Assembly: GCA_044229845.1 (NCBI GenBank)
Contig: JBGASG010000001.1
Location: 256,001 to 320,000, forward strand
Source: Candidatus Obscuribacteraceae bacterium
Lineage (GTDB): Bacteria > Cyanobacteriota > Vampirovibrionia > Obscuribacterales > Obscuribacteraceae
Reading direction: 5' to 3'
DNA length: 64,000 nucleotides
Under the pieces are notes generated by a model that did no database searches, was not told the DNA's origin, and saw nothing but the letters and a program-made list of their open reading frames with translations. Position numbers and translations under genes: made by a program. Position 1 is the first letter of the stretch; each line of letters begins with the position of its first letter. This document shows, piece by piece, positions 9,985 to 18,800 of the stretch.

Positions 9985-10875
9985 GTGCGAATACGGTTTC
10001 TTCCTCAGGCAGTTCTGGTTGCTTTCATAACGGTATCGCCGGCGCTGGCTATGACGGCCGCGCAAGAGCACAACCTGGAAGAGATACTGCATGGGGAGCG
10101 AGCCATTCCCTATAATCAGAACGTCTCACCATATATGGTGTCACCGCAGGCTAATCAGCAAATGATGATGCCTTCGCCAACGTGCCGGCCGCAGATCGTT
10201 CCCGACTATCATCGTTCTTACGCCAACAGCGCGTATATCCCGCTCGGTCAGCCGCCAGCCAATATGGTCTATCGCGGCGGCATGCCTAACGCGCCGGCTT
10301 CCCCTTTGATCAATATGTTCAACAACATGTTGCAGCGCCCGGGCTCGACTCCCTCCGCCGCCATGGGGCAGATGGCCGCCGCTGCCACCGCTCGCAGTGG
10401 CATGGGAAACCTGCCGGCACCCAGTGCCGTCTCCGGAACCTATGGAGCGTCACCGGGGATGGTGTCAGGGCAGGGCGGCAACGTTCCGGTAGAGGCAGGC
10501 GGCAGCAACCCGTTCAACCTTTCGCCGTTCGGCATGCTGCATTATATGTGGGACGATACGACGTACACTTCTCCTACCAACCCGGTGGCTCTCTACCAGG
10601 TGCAGAACGACCTGCAGATCGCTAAGCAGCAGTCGCAGTTAGCTCAGTCGGCGGCAGCGCGCGCCAAATATTTGACTAACCCGGCGCAGCGCGCCGAAGC
10701 TGCCAAACAGGCGCAATACTATGCACAGCAGGCCCAGCTGGCTGCGCAAAGAGCTCGTAACGAGTCGGAAGCTGGTTCGCTCGACCCGGCGCAGTTGGCT
10801 ACCGCGGCCGGCAATGATGCCGATGCTGCCGCTGAAGCTGCCAATCAGGCTGCCTCTATCTCATCCAGCTACTAG
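9985..10875 (+). CDS. Exported hypothetical protein, Pro/Met/Gly-rich with Ala/Gln helical C-terminus
   Basis: Signal-peptide-like N-terminus ending SPALA; GGGAG RBS. Confidence 0.65.
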   Translation: MRIRFLPQAVLVAFITVSPALAMTAAQEHNLEEILHGERAIPYNQNVSPYMVSPQANQQMMMPSPTCRPQIVPDYHRSYANSAYIPLGQPPANMVYRGGMPNAPASPLINMFNNMLQRPGSTPSAAMGQMAAAATARSGMGNLPAPSAVSGTYGASPGMVSGQGGNVPVEAGGSNPFNLSPFGMLHYMWDDTTYTSPTNPVALYQVQNDLQIAKQQSQLAQSAAARAKYLTNPAQRAEAAKQAQYYAQQAQLAAQRARNESEAGSLDPAQLATAAGNDADAAAEAANQAASISSSY

Positions 10876-11537
10876 AAGTTCGGCATCGTGCCGCTGTTGT
10901 TGCCCATGCCGGTGCGTTTGATCTCATTCTGCTCTGGCAGCTTCTTTTGCGCCAGCTTGGCTGAGCCGCGTCCGCCGATCAGCACTTTCACCGATCCATC
11001 TTCAGGAATCAAAACTTCAGCGAGAAACTTTTCCGGCTTGGTGAAACGACCGGGGAACTTGCCGGTCAGGTTTTGCAAGTGTCCGCGCCCGATAGCCATC
11101 TGGTCGGGAAACTCGGCTTTCTTGGCGATGTACAGCCACTGCTTGACGATGAAGTTATAGAGGCGCGGGTCGCGTTCTGGTTTTTGTTTGATCAAATACT
11201 TCTCGAGCGCTTCAGCGTAGAGAATGCGCTTGTCCATGTCCATCGGCGACATTTCGACGGAGCGCTGCAGCACTGTCAAGGCTTGTTCGAGGTTGCCGGT
11301 GCGCAGCAAGCTTTCGCCTTCCAGTTGCAGGCAGCTGGAGGTGCCGACGCCTAGTTCGAGAAATTGGTCATTGCGGACGACTCCGTTTCTGCTTTTGCCG
11401 ATGCCGGAGGTGTCTTTGATCCACTTCTTATCTTTCTCGATGGCTTCGCCGTCAGCCTCGTCATAGTTTGCCTGCGCCCGCACCGGGGCGACGATGACGA
11501 GACTGATAGCCAGGGTAAGCATAAGCTTGTTGAACAT
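10872..11537 (-). CDS. Exported TPR-like protein
   Basis: Signal peptide ending PVRA; TPR-like LEGESLLRTGNLEQALTVLQRSVEMSP; GAGGAGAAGG RBS. Confidence 0.7.
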   Translation of the reverse strand: MFNKLMLTLAISLVIVAPVRAQANYDEADGEAIEKDKKWIKDTSGIGKSRNGVVRNDQFLELGVGTSSCLQLEGESLLRTGNLEQALTVLQRSVEMSPMDMDKRILYAEALEKYLIKQKPERDPRLYNFIVKQWLYIAKKAEFPDQMAIGRGHLQNLTGKFPGRFTKPEKFLAEVLIPEDGSVKVLIGGRGSAKLAQKKLPEQNEIKRTGMGNNSGTMPNF

Positions 11538-11567
11538 TTCCTTCTCCTCTGACGAGATTGGCGAAGC

Positions 11568-12245
11568 CTAGGCGGCTCCAATTTTGGTCTGCCCTGCGTC
11601 ATGCAGAGCCTTGATGGCTTTGGCGACATCGCCTGAGCCGTAAACACTTTTTCCTGCCACCACGACGTTGGCACCGGCATTGATGACAATGCGCGCGGTA
11701 TCGGGATTGATACCACCATCGACGTTTATCCAGCAGCCTTTATTGCCGGCTTCATCCAGCATGCGCCGGATTGCTGTGATCTTGGGCACCACAGCCGGCA
11801 GAAAACTCTGGCCCCCAAAGCCGGGGTTGACGCTCATTACCAGCACTTCGTCCAGATCGTTCAGCACATAGCGCAGACAATCTTCGTGAGTGTGCGGATT
11901 TAGCGAGACACCGGCTTTCTTGCCCAGCTTGCGAATTGCCTGCAGAGTGCGTTGCAGGTGCCGGCATGCTTCGACGTGGACAATGATGTGATCGGAGCCG
12001 GCGTCGGCGAAATCACCGAGGTAGCGGTCCGGATCTGTGATCATCAGATGCACGTCCAGAGGCAGTTTGGTGTTGGCGCGCAGACTCTTCACCACGGGCG
12101 GTCCGATGGTGATGTTGGGGACGAAGTGTCCGTCCATGACGTCCACGTGAATCCAGTCGGCGCCACCGTCCTCTGCTTTTTTCAGATCGGCGGACAGATT
12201 AGCGAAATCTGCCGACAGAATCGATGGTGCAACCAGTATTGACAT
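11568..12245 (-). CDS. rpe: Ribulose-phosphate 3-epimerase
   Basis: APSILSADF, HVDVMDGHFVPN, MSVNPGFGGQ, VDGGI. Confidence 0.97.
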   Translation of the reverse strand: MSILVAPSILSADFANLSADLKKAEDGGADWIHVDVMDGHFVPNITIGPPVVKSLRANTKLPLDVHLMITDPDRYLGDFADAGSDHIIVHVEACRHLQRTLQAIRKLGKKAGVSLNPHTHEDCLRYVLNDLDEVLVMSVNPGFGGQSFLPAVVPKITAIRRMLDEAGNKGCWINVDGGINPDTARIVINAGANVVVAGKSVYGSGDVAKAIKALHDAGQTKIGAA

Positions 12246-12509
12246 AACCCTCAAACGTAAACTGGGGCGCCTTTGCCAGGTGTATCATGACTTCGCCGAC
12301 GCCTTGTGGTCAAGTTGATTCTCCGAGAGTTTGACATCATTACGTGAATATCCTTTCAGAAATCGTGCCAACGTCAGATAAGCAGGCAACTGGCGATGAT
12401 CTGAGAAAGAAATAAACGAAGCTCAGTGCCTGCCGCGTGCCGGTGACCAACTGTGTGGCGGTAACGCAGTACAATCGCCGTGGCAAGGGAATTCACGAGT
12501 GTTAGAGAT

Positions 12510-13601
12510 ATGCCGGACTTAGTGCTCAACGACGATCAGCGCCAATATCAGGACCTGGCACGCGAGTTTGCCATGAACGAGATCGGGCCGCTGGCTGAAA
12601 AATGCGACCACTCCGGGTCGACTCCGGAAGATGTGCTGCGCAAGGCGTGGGAATTGGGACTCTTCAATGTGCGGGTGCCGGAAGCCTTCGGCGGTTTCGG
12701 ACTGACGCTCACTGATGCCTGTGTGATCGCTGAAGAACTGGGCGCTGCCTGCTCCGGCATCAGCGCAGCTTTCGAAGGTAACGAACTGGCCGTGGCTCCA
12801 ATTCTGGTGGCAGGCACGGAGAGCCAGAAGGAAGAACTTCTCTCGCAACTGACGGCATCATTTGCGCTGGCGGGATTTGCCCTGTCTCCGCTCAAATACG
12901 AGAAGAAGGGCGGGCAGTATCTAGTTTCCGGCGAAAGCGTAGTGCTCAACGCTCGCGGCTGGCAGTGGCTGGTTGTCACTGCCCATGGTGCCGAGGGCGA
13001 TTCTGTATTGATCATAAATGATCGGTCCTGCGTCCAGGGCGAAGGCGAGATAGTGTTTCCGTTCGGGCGCAAGGCCGCCGACATTCGTCGGCAAAAGCTG
13101 GTTGCTGCTCCTGCTCAGTTGCTGGGCGAGGCTGGTGCAGCCGCAGCGATCATGCAGCAGGCTAATGTTTCTTCCCACGCATACGTGGCTGCTGAAGCTG
13201 TCGGCATCGGCCGCAGCGCTCTGACTGCCTCGGTCAAGTACGCCAAAGAGCGAACCACATTTGGTGTGCCGATCGGCAACCATCAAGGCGTAGCCTTCAT
13301 GTTGGCTGATATGGCCAAGGATGTAGAGGCTGGACGTCTGCTCTGGATGAAGGCATGTTGGTATGCAGACGCCTCGAACCAAACCCGTAGAACAGTGACG
13401 CCATCGACGGTGGCACGCATTTTTGCGCTCGATGCGGCGATGCGCATCGCCACAGATGCAGTGCAGGTTTTCGGTGGCTATGGATATATGAAAGAGTATC
13501 CAGTCGAGAAACTGATGCGCGACGCCAAAGTCATGCAGATGATGGAACCCCCTGTTCACGCTGAAAAAGTGCAGCTGGCTCGAGAGTTGGTTCTCAGTTA
13601 A
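12510..13601 (+). CDS. Acyl-CoA dehydrogenase family protein (divergent middle domain)
   Basis: ERTTFGVPIGNHQGV, AVQVFGGYGYMKEYPVEKLMRDAK; lacks TEPxxGSD; alternative start 12480. Confidence 0.85.
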   Translation: MPDLVLNDDQRQYQDLAREFAMNEIGPLAEKCDHSGSTPEDVLRKAWELGLFNVRVPEAFGGFGLTLTDACVIAEELGAACSGISAAFEGNELAVAPILVAGTESQKEELLSQLTASFALAGFALSPLKYEKKGGQYLVSGESVVLNARGWQWLVVTAHGAEGDSVLIINDRSCVQGEGEIVFPFGRKAADIRRQKLVAAPAQLLGEAGAAAAIMQQANVSSHAYVAAEAVGIGRSALTASVKYAKERTTFGVPIGNHQGVAFMLADMAKDVEAGRLLWMKACWYADASNQTRRTVTPSTVARIFALDAAMRIATDAVQVFGGYGYMKEYPVEKLMRDAKVMQMMEPPVHAEKVQLARELVLS

Positions 13602-13619
13602 ACGCTCAGGTGAAGCGCC

Positions 13620-13937
13620 ATGCCCGATCGGCCCAGATTGGTGAAGAAGAATCAGCCGAAGAACGAACTCGAGCTGAAGAAGGGGCAAATCCTTGTAGTT
13701 AAGGCGCCTCCTTATTACGACAAGGAATATCTCTACGAGATTACGTCGGCGGGCGACAAGCAGGTGCGCGCCAATCTCTACAAGTCACCGCGCGTGCGCA
13801 AAGCCTGGGGGCGCGAAGAGCTGACAATTCTGGTGGGCATGGGCATCGTGCGAGCGGCTACCGACCAGGATATGCAGAAACACGCGGCTGAGAAAGACCC
13901 GGCTGAAAGGGATCCGGGCAGTTCTGAAAGCCAGTAA
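13620..13937 (+). CDS. Hypothetical protein (small beta-rich domain)
   Basis: 105-aa ORF with natural composition directly after the ACAD gene. Confidence 0.65.
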   Translation: MPDRPRLVKKNQPKNELELKKGQILVVKAPPYYDKEYLYEITSAGDKQVRANLYKSPRVRKAWGREELTILVGMGIVRAATDQDMQKHAAEKDPAERDPGSSESQ

Positions 13938-13950
13938 CTCGCTGTTCGAA

Positions 13951-14409
13951 TTATTCGGTCGCGGTTGCGCTGGTGGTGGCAGTACCGAAGGCTGTCTTTT
14001 TCTTTTTCTTCTTGGTGGAGGATTTCGCTCCGTATTTTTTGGTAGGGGTAGTGGGTTTATTTGGTTGAGTTTGTTTTTGAGCTTGTTTTTGAATGTCTTT
14101 ATAGATCTTGTCGAAAGGTAGAGGCTGGTGCAGGACGAAGCGCATCGTGAAGAAGTAAACGAGAGCCAGCATCAGGAAAGTAGAGCTGATGAAAAAGAAG
14201 TGTCGAATATGTCTGTGGAATGAGTAGGACTTCTTAGAGATCTTAGATTCGGGACGCTCTTCGTCTTCCACCTGTTGTCGGCTGCCCGTGCTCAGTTTCA
14301 GTCCAACGCGATTAGCATCCGAAGACGAAACGTGCCTGCCGCAAGACACGCAGAACTTGATGGGTGGATTCATAGCCGCGCCACAAAATGGGCACTGTAG
14401 GGCTGGCAT
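13951..14409 (-). CDS. Zinc-ribbon membrane protein with basic C-tail
   Basis: CPFCG...FCVSCG, one TM helix, poly-Lys tail. Confidence 0.75.
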   Translation of the reverse strand: MPALQCPFCGAAMNPPIKFCVSCGRHVSSSDANRVGLKLSTGSRQQVEDEERPESKISKKSYSFHRHIRHFFFISSTFLMLALVYFFTMRFVLHQPLPFDKIYKDIQKQAQKQTQPNKPTTPTKKYGAKSSTKKKKKKTAFGTATTSATATE

Positions 14410-14432
14410 TGGCGATTTCGACCCTGGTACCT

Positions 14433-14666
14433 CTAGAACTCGACCGGTTTGCCGTCGGCGGTATTCACATAACGCTTGTACATTTCTTCGATCGAGTTAC
14501 GATCATGAACGAGCGTCTCTTGCCGGCCGTTCAGCTCGACGATGCGCTCTTTCAATTGCTCGATCTGTTGCTGGATGATGGAAATCTCCTCGCCGATCTC
14601 GGTTTCGGTAAGCGTCAAAGCTTCCGCCAACGTTCCAAACGCCTTTTCCAGCTCGCTCTCAGCCAT
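14433..14666 (-). CDS. Small coiled-coil hypothetical protein
   Basis: Heptad-like IQQQIEQLKERIVELNGRQETL; co-oriented with neighbours. Confidence 0.65.
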   Translation of the reverse strand: MAESELEKAFGTLAEALTLTETEIGEEISIIQQQIEQLKERIVELNGRQETLVHDRNSIEEMYKRYVNTADGKPVEF

Positions 14667-14802
14667 GCAAAATTCCCACTTCACTCATTCAAATTGTCAC
14701 CAGCGCTGGCCGCTGCCAAGCACCGGTGCCCTCTACCCATTCAATTGTACCCGCCACGTCGGGCTCGAATCAGCGCAGGCTAAGCGCTTTGCGTCAGATA
14801 AC

Positions 14803-15552
14803 TTATATTCCGGCGCCGTGTAAGAAGACATCAACAGGGTCTTCTACTGTCGACTCCAGCGCGCTTTCTTGTCCAGGCGGAGTGACATCCAGAGCCGCTT
14901 CTTCGCAGCCTGTCTTTCTGGCGACTATTTCGACGCGCTTTTCCAGCTCGACGATGCTGTGCTTAAGCGCTTTGATGGCTTCGGCTTCGATGTCCGGCAC
15001 TACTTGCTCTGAAACTCGCTGCCCGTCTTTATAAATCACACGACCCGGGACGCCGACGACGATTGAATTGGAAGGTACGTCTTTGAGTACAATCGACCCG
15101 GAGGCGACTTGCACGTTGTCGCCTACTGTGACTGCTCCCTGAATTTCGGCGCCACTGCCGACAACGCAATTTTTGCCCAGGGTCGGATGCCGCTTAACGC
15201 CTCTGGTCTCGGCGCCTTTGCGGGCTGCGGCCCCGGCTCCCAGGGTTACTCCCTGGTAGATCACTGAGTTCTCGCCGACTTCGGCAGTTTCGCCGATGAC
15301 AACGCCCATGCCGTGGTCAATAAAAACGCGCGGGCCCAGCGTGGCGCCCGGGTGAATCTCAATGCCCGTGAACCAGCGACCAAGTTGAGAGAGGCAACGT
15401 GCAGCAGTGAAGAATTCTTCTTGATATAAAGTGTGAGAGATCCTGTGGATCATCACGGCATGAAACCCCGGGTAGCACAGCACGACTTCGAGCGAGCTGC
15501 GGGCTGCTGGGTCTTTGGTCAATATATTGTTGATTTCGTCCCTGATGCTCAT
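14803..15552 (-). CDS. cysE: Serine O-acetyltransferase
   Basis: DPAARS, YPGFHA, TGIEIHPGA, FIDHGMGVVIGETA, KRHPTLG; C-terminal FLHGAGI resembles cyanobacterial CysE. Confidence 0.96.
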   Translation of the reverse strand: MSIRDEINNILTKDPAARSSLEVVLCYPGFHAVMIHRISHTLYQEEFFTAARCLSQLGRWFTGIEIHPGATLGPRVFIDHGMGVVIGETAEVGENSVIYQGVTLGAGAAARKGAETRGVKRHPTLGKNCVVGSGAEIQGAVTVGDNVQVASGSIVLKDVPSNSIVVGVPGRVIYKDGQRVSEQVVPDIEAEAIKALKHSIVELEKRVEIVARKTGCEEAALDVTPPGQESALESTVEDPVDVFLHGAGI

Positions 15553-15872
15553 TTTTTGGCACTTCCGGCAGTTTTATTGAAGAGGCGAGGCGAGCTATAC
15601 AGCTTACCTTAAAACCGGCGCCAGGCTTGTCAAGGGGCGCGTTGTGGGCGTTTCAAGTCTTACGGATGAGGGAATGAAATAAACGGTCGGACGCGTCACA
15701 GGGACAGAGTTTAGGGTGATTGAGGTACGTAGTTTCCCCATTTCATTCCGGTAAATACGCTTTATCCTCAATATTGTTCCCTTCGAGGTGTCCAAGGTTC
15801 GCCAAAACTGGATAGATGCGTACACCGACAAATCTCTCCAGATAGCGGGCGACGCGCAACAAAGCGAAAACG

Positions 15873-18800
15873 ATGGCAGGACTCGACGAAACGAAAAAAC
15901 CAAACCCTCTCCAGTCTGACCAGGCTGCAGCAGGAACTGACACCGGTAGCAATAAGCCTGCTCCCGGTATCAGCGCCTTGGATGCCTTTTCGGGCACACC
16001 GCAATCCAACCAGTTTGGTCTGGGCGCGGTAGGAAGCGGACGTCTTGCGGGGCCAGCCAGCGCGGCTGATATGTCTGCCCTTGGATTTGCCAAAGCCGGC
16101 GGACAGCAGATTGTCGATTTCGTCGCCAAAGACAAGAAGCTTGAAACTGGCATAGCTGCCGTCGATCTGGTCGGCAACACCGGTCTTGGCTTCATCAATA
16201 CCACCTTAAAAATGAACTCGGCAGCCGTCGAGCTCATTGCTGTACCCAGCAAACTTTCGACCACCGTCGAGGGATTGAAGCATCTGCCATCTGCTCTTCC
16301 CGGGATGCTGGCTGAAACAGGCAATAATCTCTGGAACGGCGACTGGGCCACCAAAGGTCAAACCTTAGGTAATACAGCCGCTTTTGTGACATTGACGTTC
16401 GGAGCTGTCGGCGGACCGAAATCGGGCGCTGCCGTTGAAGGCACTGCTGCTCGTTCTACCAGCTGGCTGTCGCGCGCCGGTTCGGGTTTGAAGAACTGGT
16501 GGCAGGGCGCTGATGAGGTGGCTGCTGCTTCCGCTGACGATCTGCTGGCATCGGCTATGAAGGCGCCCAGAGGCGGCTCGGTTGTTGAATTGCCAGGCGG
16601 AGCCACCCGACCGTTGGCTACCGACCTGCCGATTCCGGTTGTGCGTGAGCCGGTGGTGCCGAAGATCGGTGAACCTGGTTATGTGCCGAAGGTCGGTGAG
16701 CCTGGTTATGTAGCGCCGAAAGTCGGCGAGCCCGGTTATGTCGAACCGACTACTCCTGTCGGCCCGGCTACCCGGTTGCATGGACCGGCCGGCGAAGGTC
16801 CGGTCGTGAATGTACCTAATAGAGGTTTGGGAACGCTTCCCGAAAACGCAGTAGTTGCTCCACTGCAAGATGCAGCTGCAACCACTGTCAGCACTGTTGT
16901 TCGCGACATCGGCGAAGTGGCGCCGCGCATGTCTCGCCTTGGCGACGACCTGGGCACGCTTGGTTTGAAGGGCGAAGAAGTTGCCGCGTTGCAGCGTCAG
17001 ATCACCGCGTTCGCCAAAGGCGAAGTAGAAAGCGGGGCAGTCGAAGCCGCCGTGCAGGGATTGCGCAGCAAAGTCGGCTCCTCAATGGCCGGCAAGTTCG
17101 ACGAAATCGTCAATAACGCCGTTAAAGATGTAGGCGATTTCCGTGCTGCGCAGATTGCCGCCAAGACAAATCCGGCAGGCGTCGATGCACTGGTCGGCAC
17201 GACCGGCACTAGAGTCACCGGTGGCTCTGTGGTCGACGAAGCTGCCGTGGCTGGCGCCACTCAAGACGTAGCAACAACAATCTCACGTGTTGAGCAAGCA
17301 GCTGCCAAGGCTCCTGCTACCGAAGTCAATGCTCTCAAGACGACCATCGATGATTTCGCGAAGGGGACTGCCACCGCTGAAAAACTCGATCAAGCCGTGA
17401 CTGCGGTTCGTCGCACTTTGTCCGGCGATGACCTGGCAGCGTTCGATACGCAAATGGCCAATGCTCGCCGCGCCGCCGAAGCCGCACAACAAGCTCGCGG
17501 TATCGCCAGCGTCCGCCCGGTCGAAGTTGCACCGGTCGAAGTGGCGCCACCACTGAAGCCTGTAGAAACAGCCACGGTCAAAGTCACTGAAACATCCACC
17601 GAAGCCGCAACCGCCCTGCGCAATGTCGAATCGACAGCTGCGAAGGCTGGCGAAGCGGAAGTCGCGGCGTTGCGCAATACATTTGAAGATGTGGTCAACG
17701 GGAAGGCCGGTCTCAACAAGCTTGATGAAGCAGCTGCTGCAGTCAAAGCCAAGCTGCCGACCAACGATGTTGCCGCCTTCGAAGCCGAAATGGCCAAGGC
17801 TCGTCAGGCGGCGCAAACCGCTCAGGAAGCCAGAGGCGCTCTGCAGACGCTGGACAATGCTGCTCCGGCAGTCGCCAAACCATTCAAAGTCGCCGATGTG
17901 GCGCCTACGCCGGTAGAAACAGCTACCGTCAACGTCAGTCGTACCACCACCGAAGCAACCACTTCGCTGCGCAACGTTGAATCCGCTGCGGCCAAAGCCC
18001 TCGACGAAGCAGCTGCTGCAGTCAAAGCCAAGTTGCCGACCAACGACGTGGCTGCCTTCGAAGCCGAAATGGCAAAAGCACGTCAGGCTGCGCAGGCCGC
18101 TCAGGAAGCCAGAGGCGCTCTGCAATCGCTGGACAATGCCGCGCCGGCAGTCAGCAAGCCATTTAGACTGGCGGACGAGCCGGTAGTGCCGCGCGATACA
18201 GCTCCGGTCGTCAGAGAGCCCGCCGTCAAAGAACCGGTCGTTAAAGAACCGTCTGCGACTCCGGCCGAAGCTACTTCTAGAGCGCAAACCAGCATCCGCG
18301 AAGCCGAGGATGTCGTTAAGAAGTCTCTTGGCGAAGCTGATGCCGTCAAGTTGCGCACTGAATTCGACAACATGATGTCGGGCAAACCCAACAAGTTTGC
18401 CGAGACCGTTGAAGATATCCAGGCGAGACTGCGCGCTGCTTCCAAGGCCGACGACCTGGCCGCTGTTACGCGCAACACTGAAAACGCCGCAGCCGAAGCT
18501 GCCCGCGCCAGAACTCTGGCGGGCGAACCGGTCGTCGCGCCGCCCAAGGTTACCGAAGCCGGACCGCCTAAGGTTACCGAAGCCGGACCGCCCAAGGGCA
18601 CCACAGGCGATGGCGTCGTGCCGCCCAAGGAAGCTCCGACACCGGTGCAAGCCAAGCAATCGTTCACCGATTCGGCGGGCTCGCTGAAAGACGACCTGGC
18701 CGGCGTCACCTCGCGCACTTCCACCAAAGCTCAGCAAGCTCTGGATAAGTTTGCCGACCTGACCAATCCGACTGTCAAAGATGTTGCCGCTCTCGAGCGC

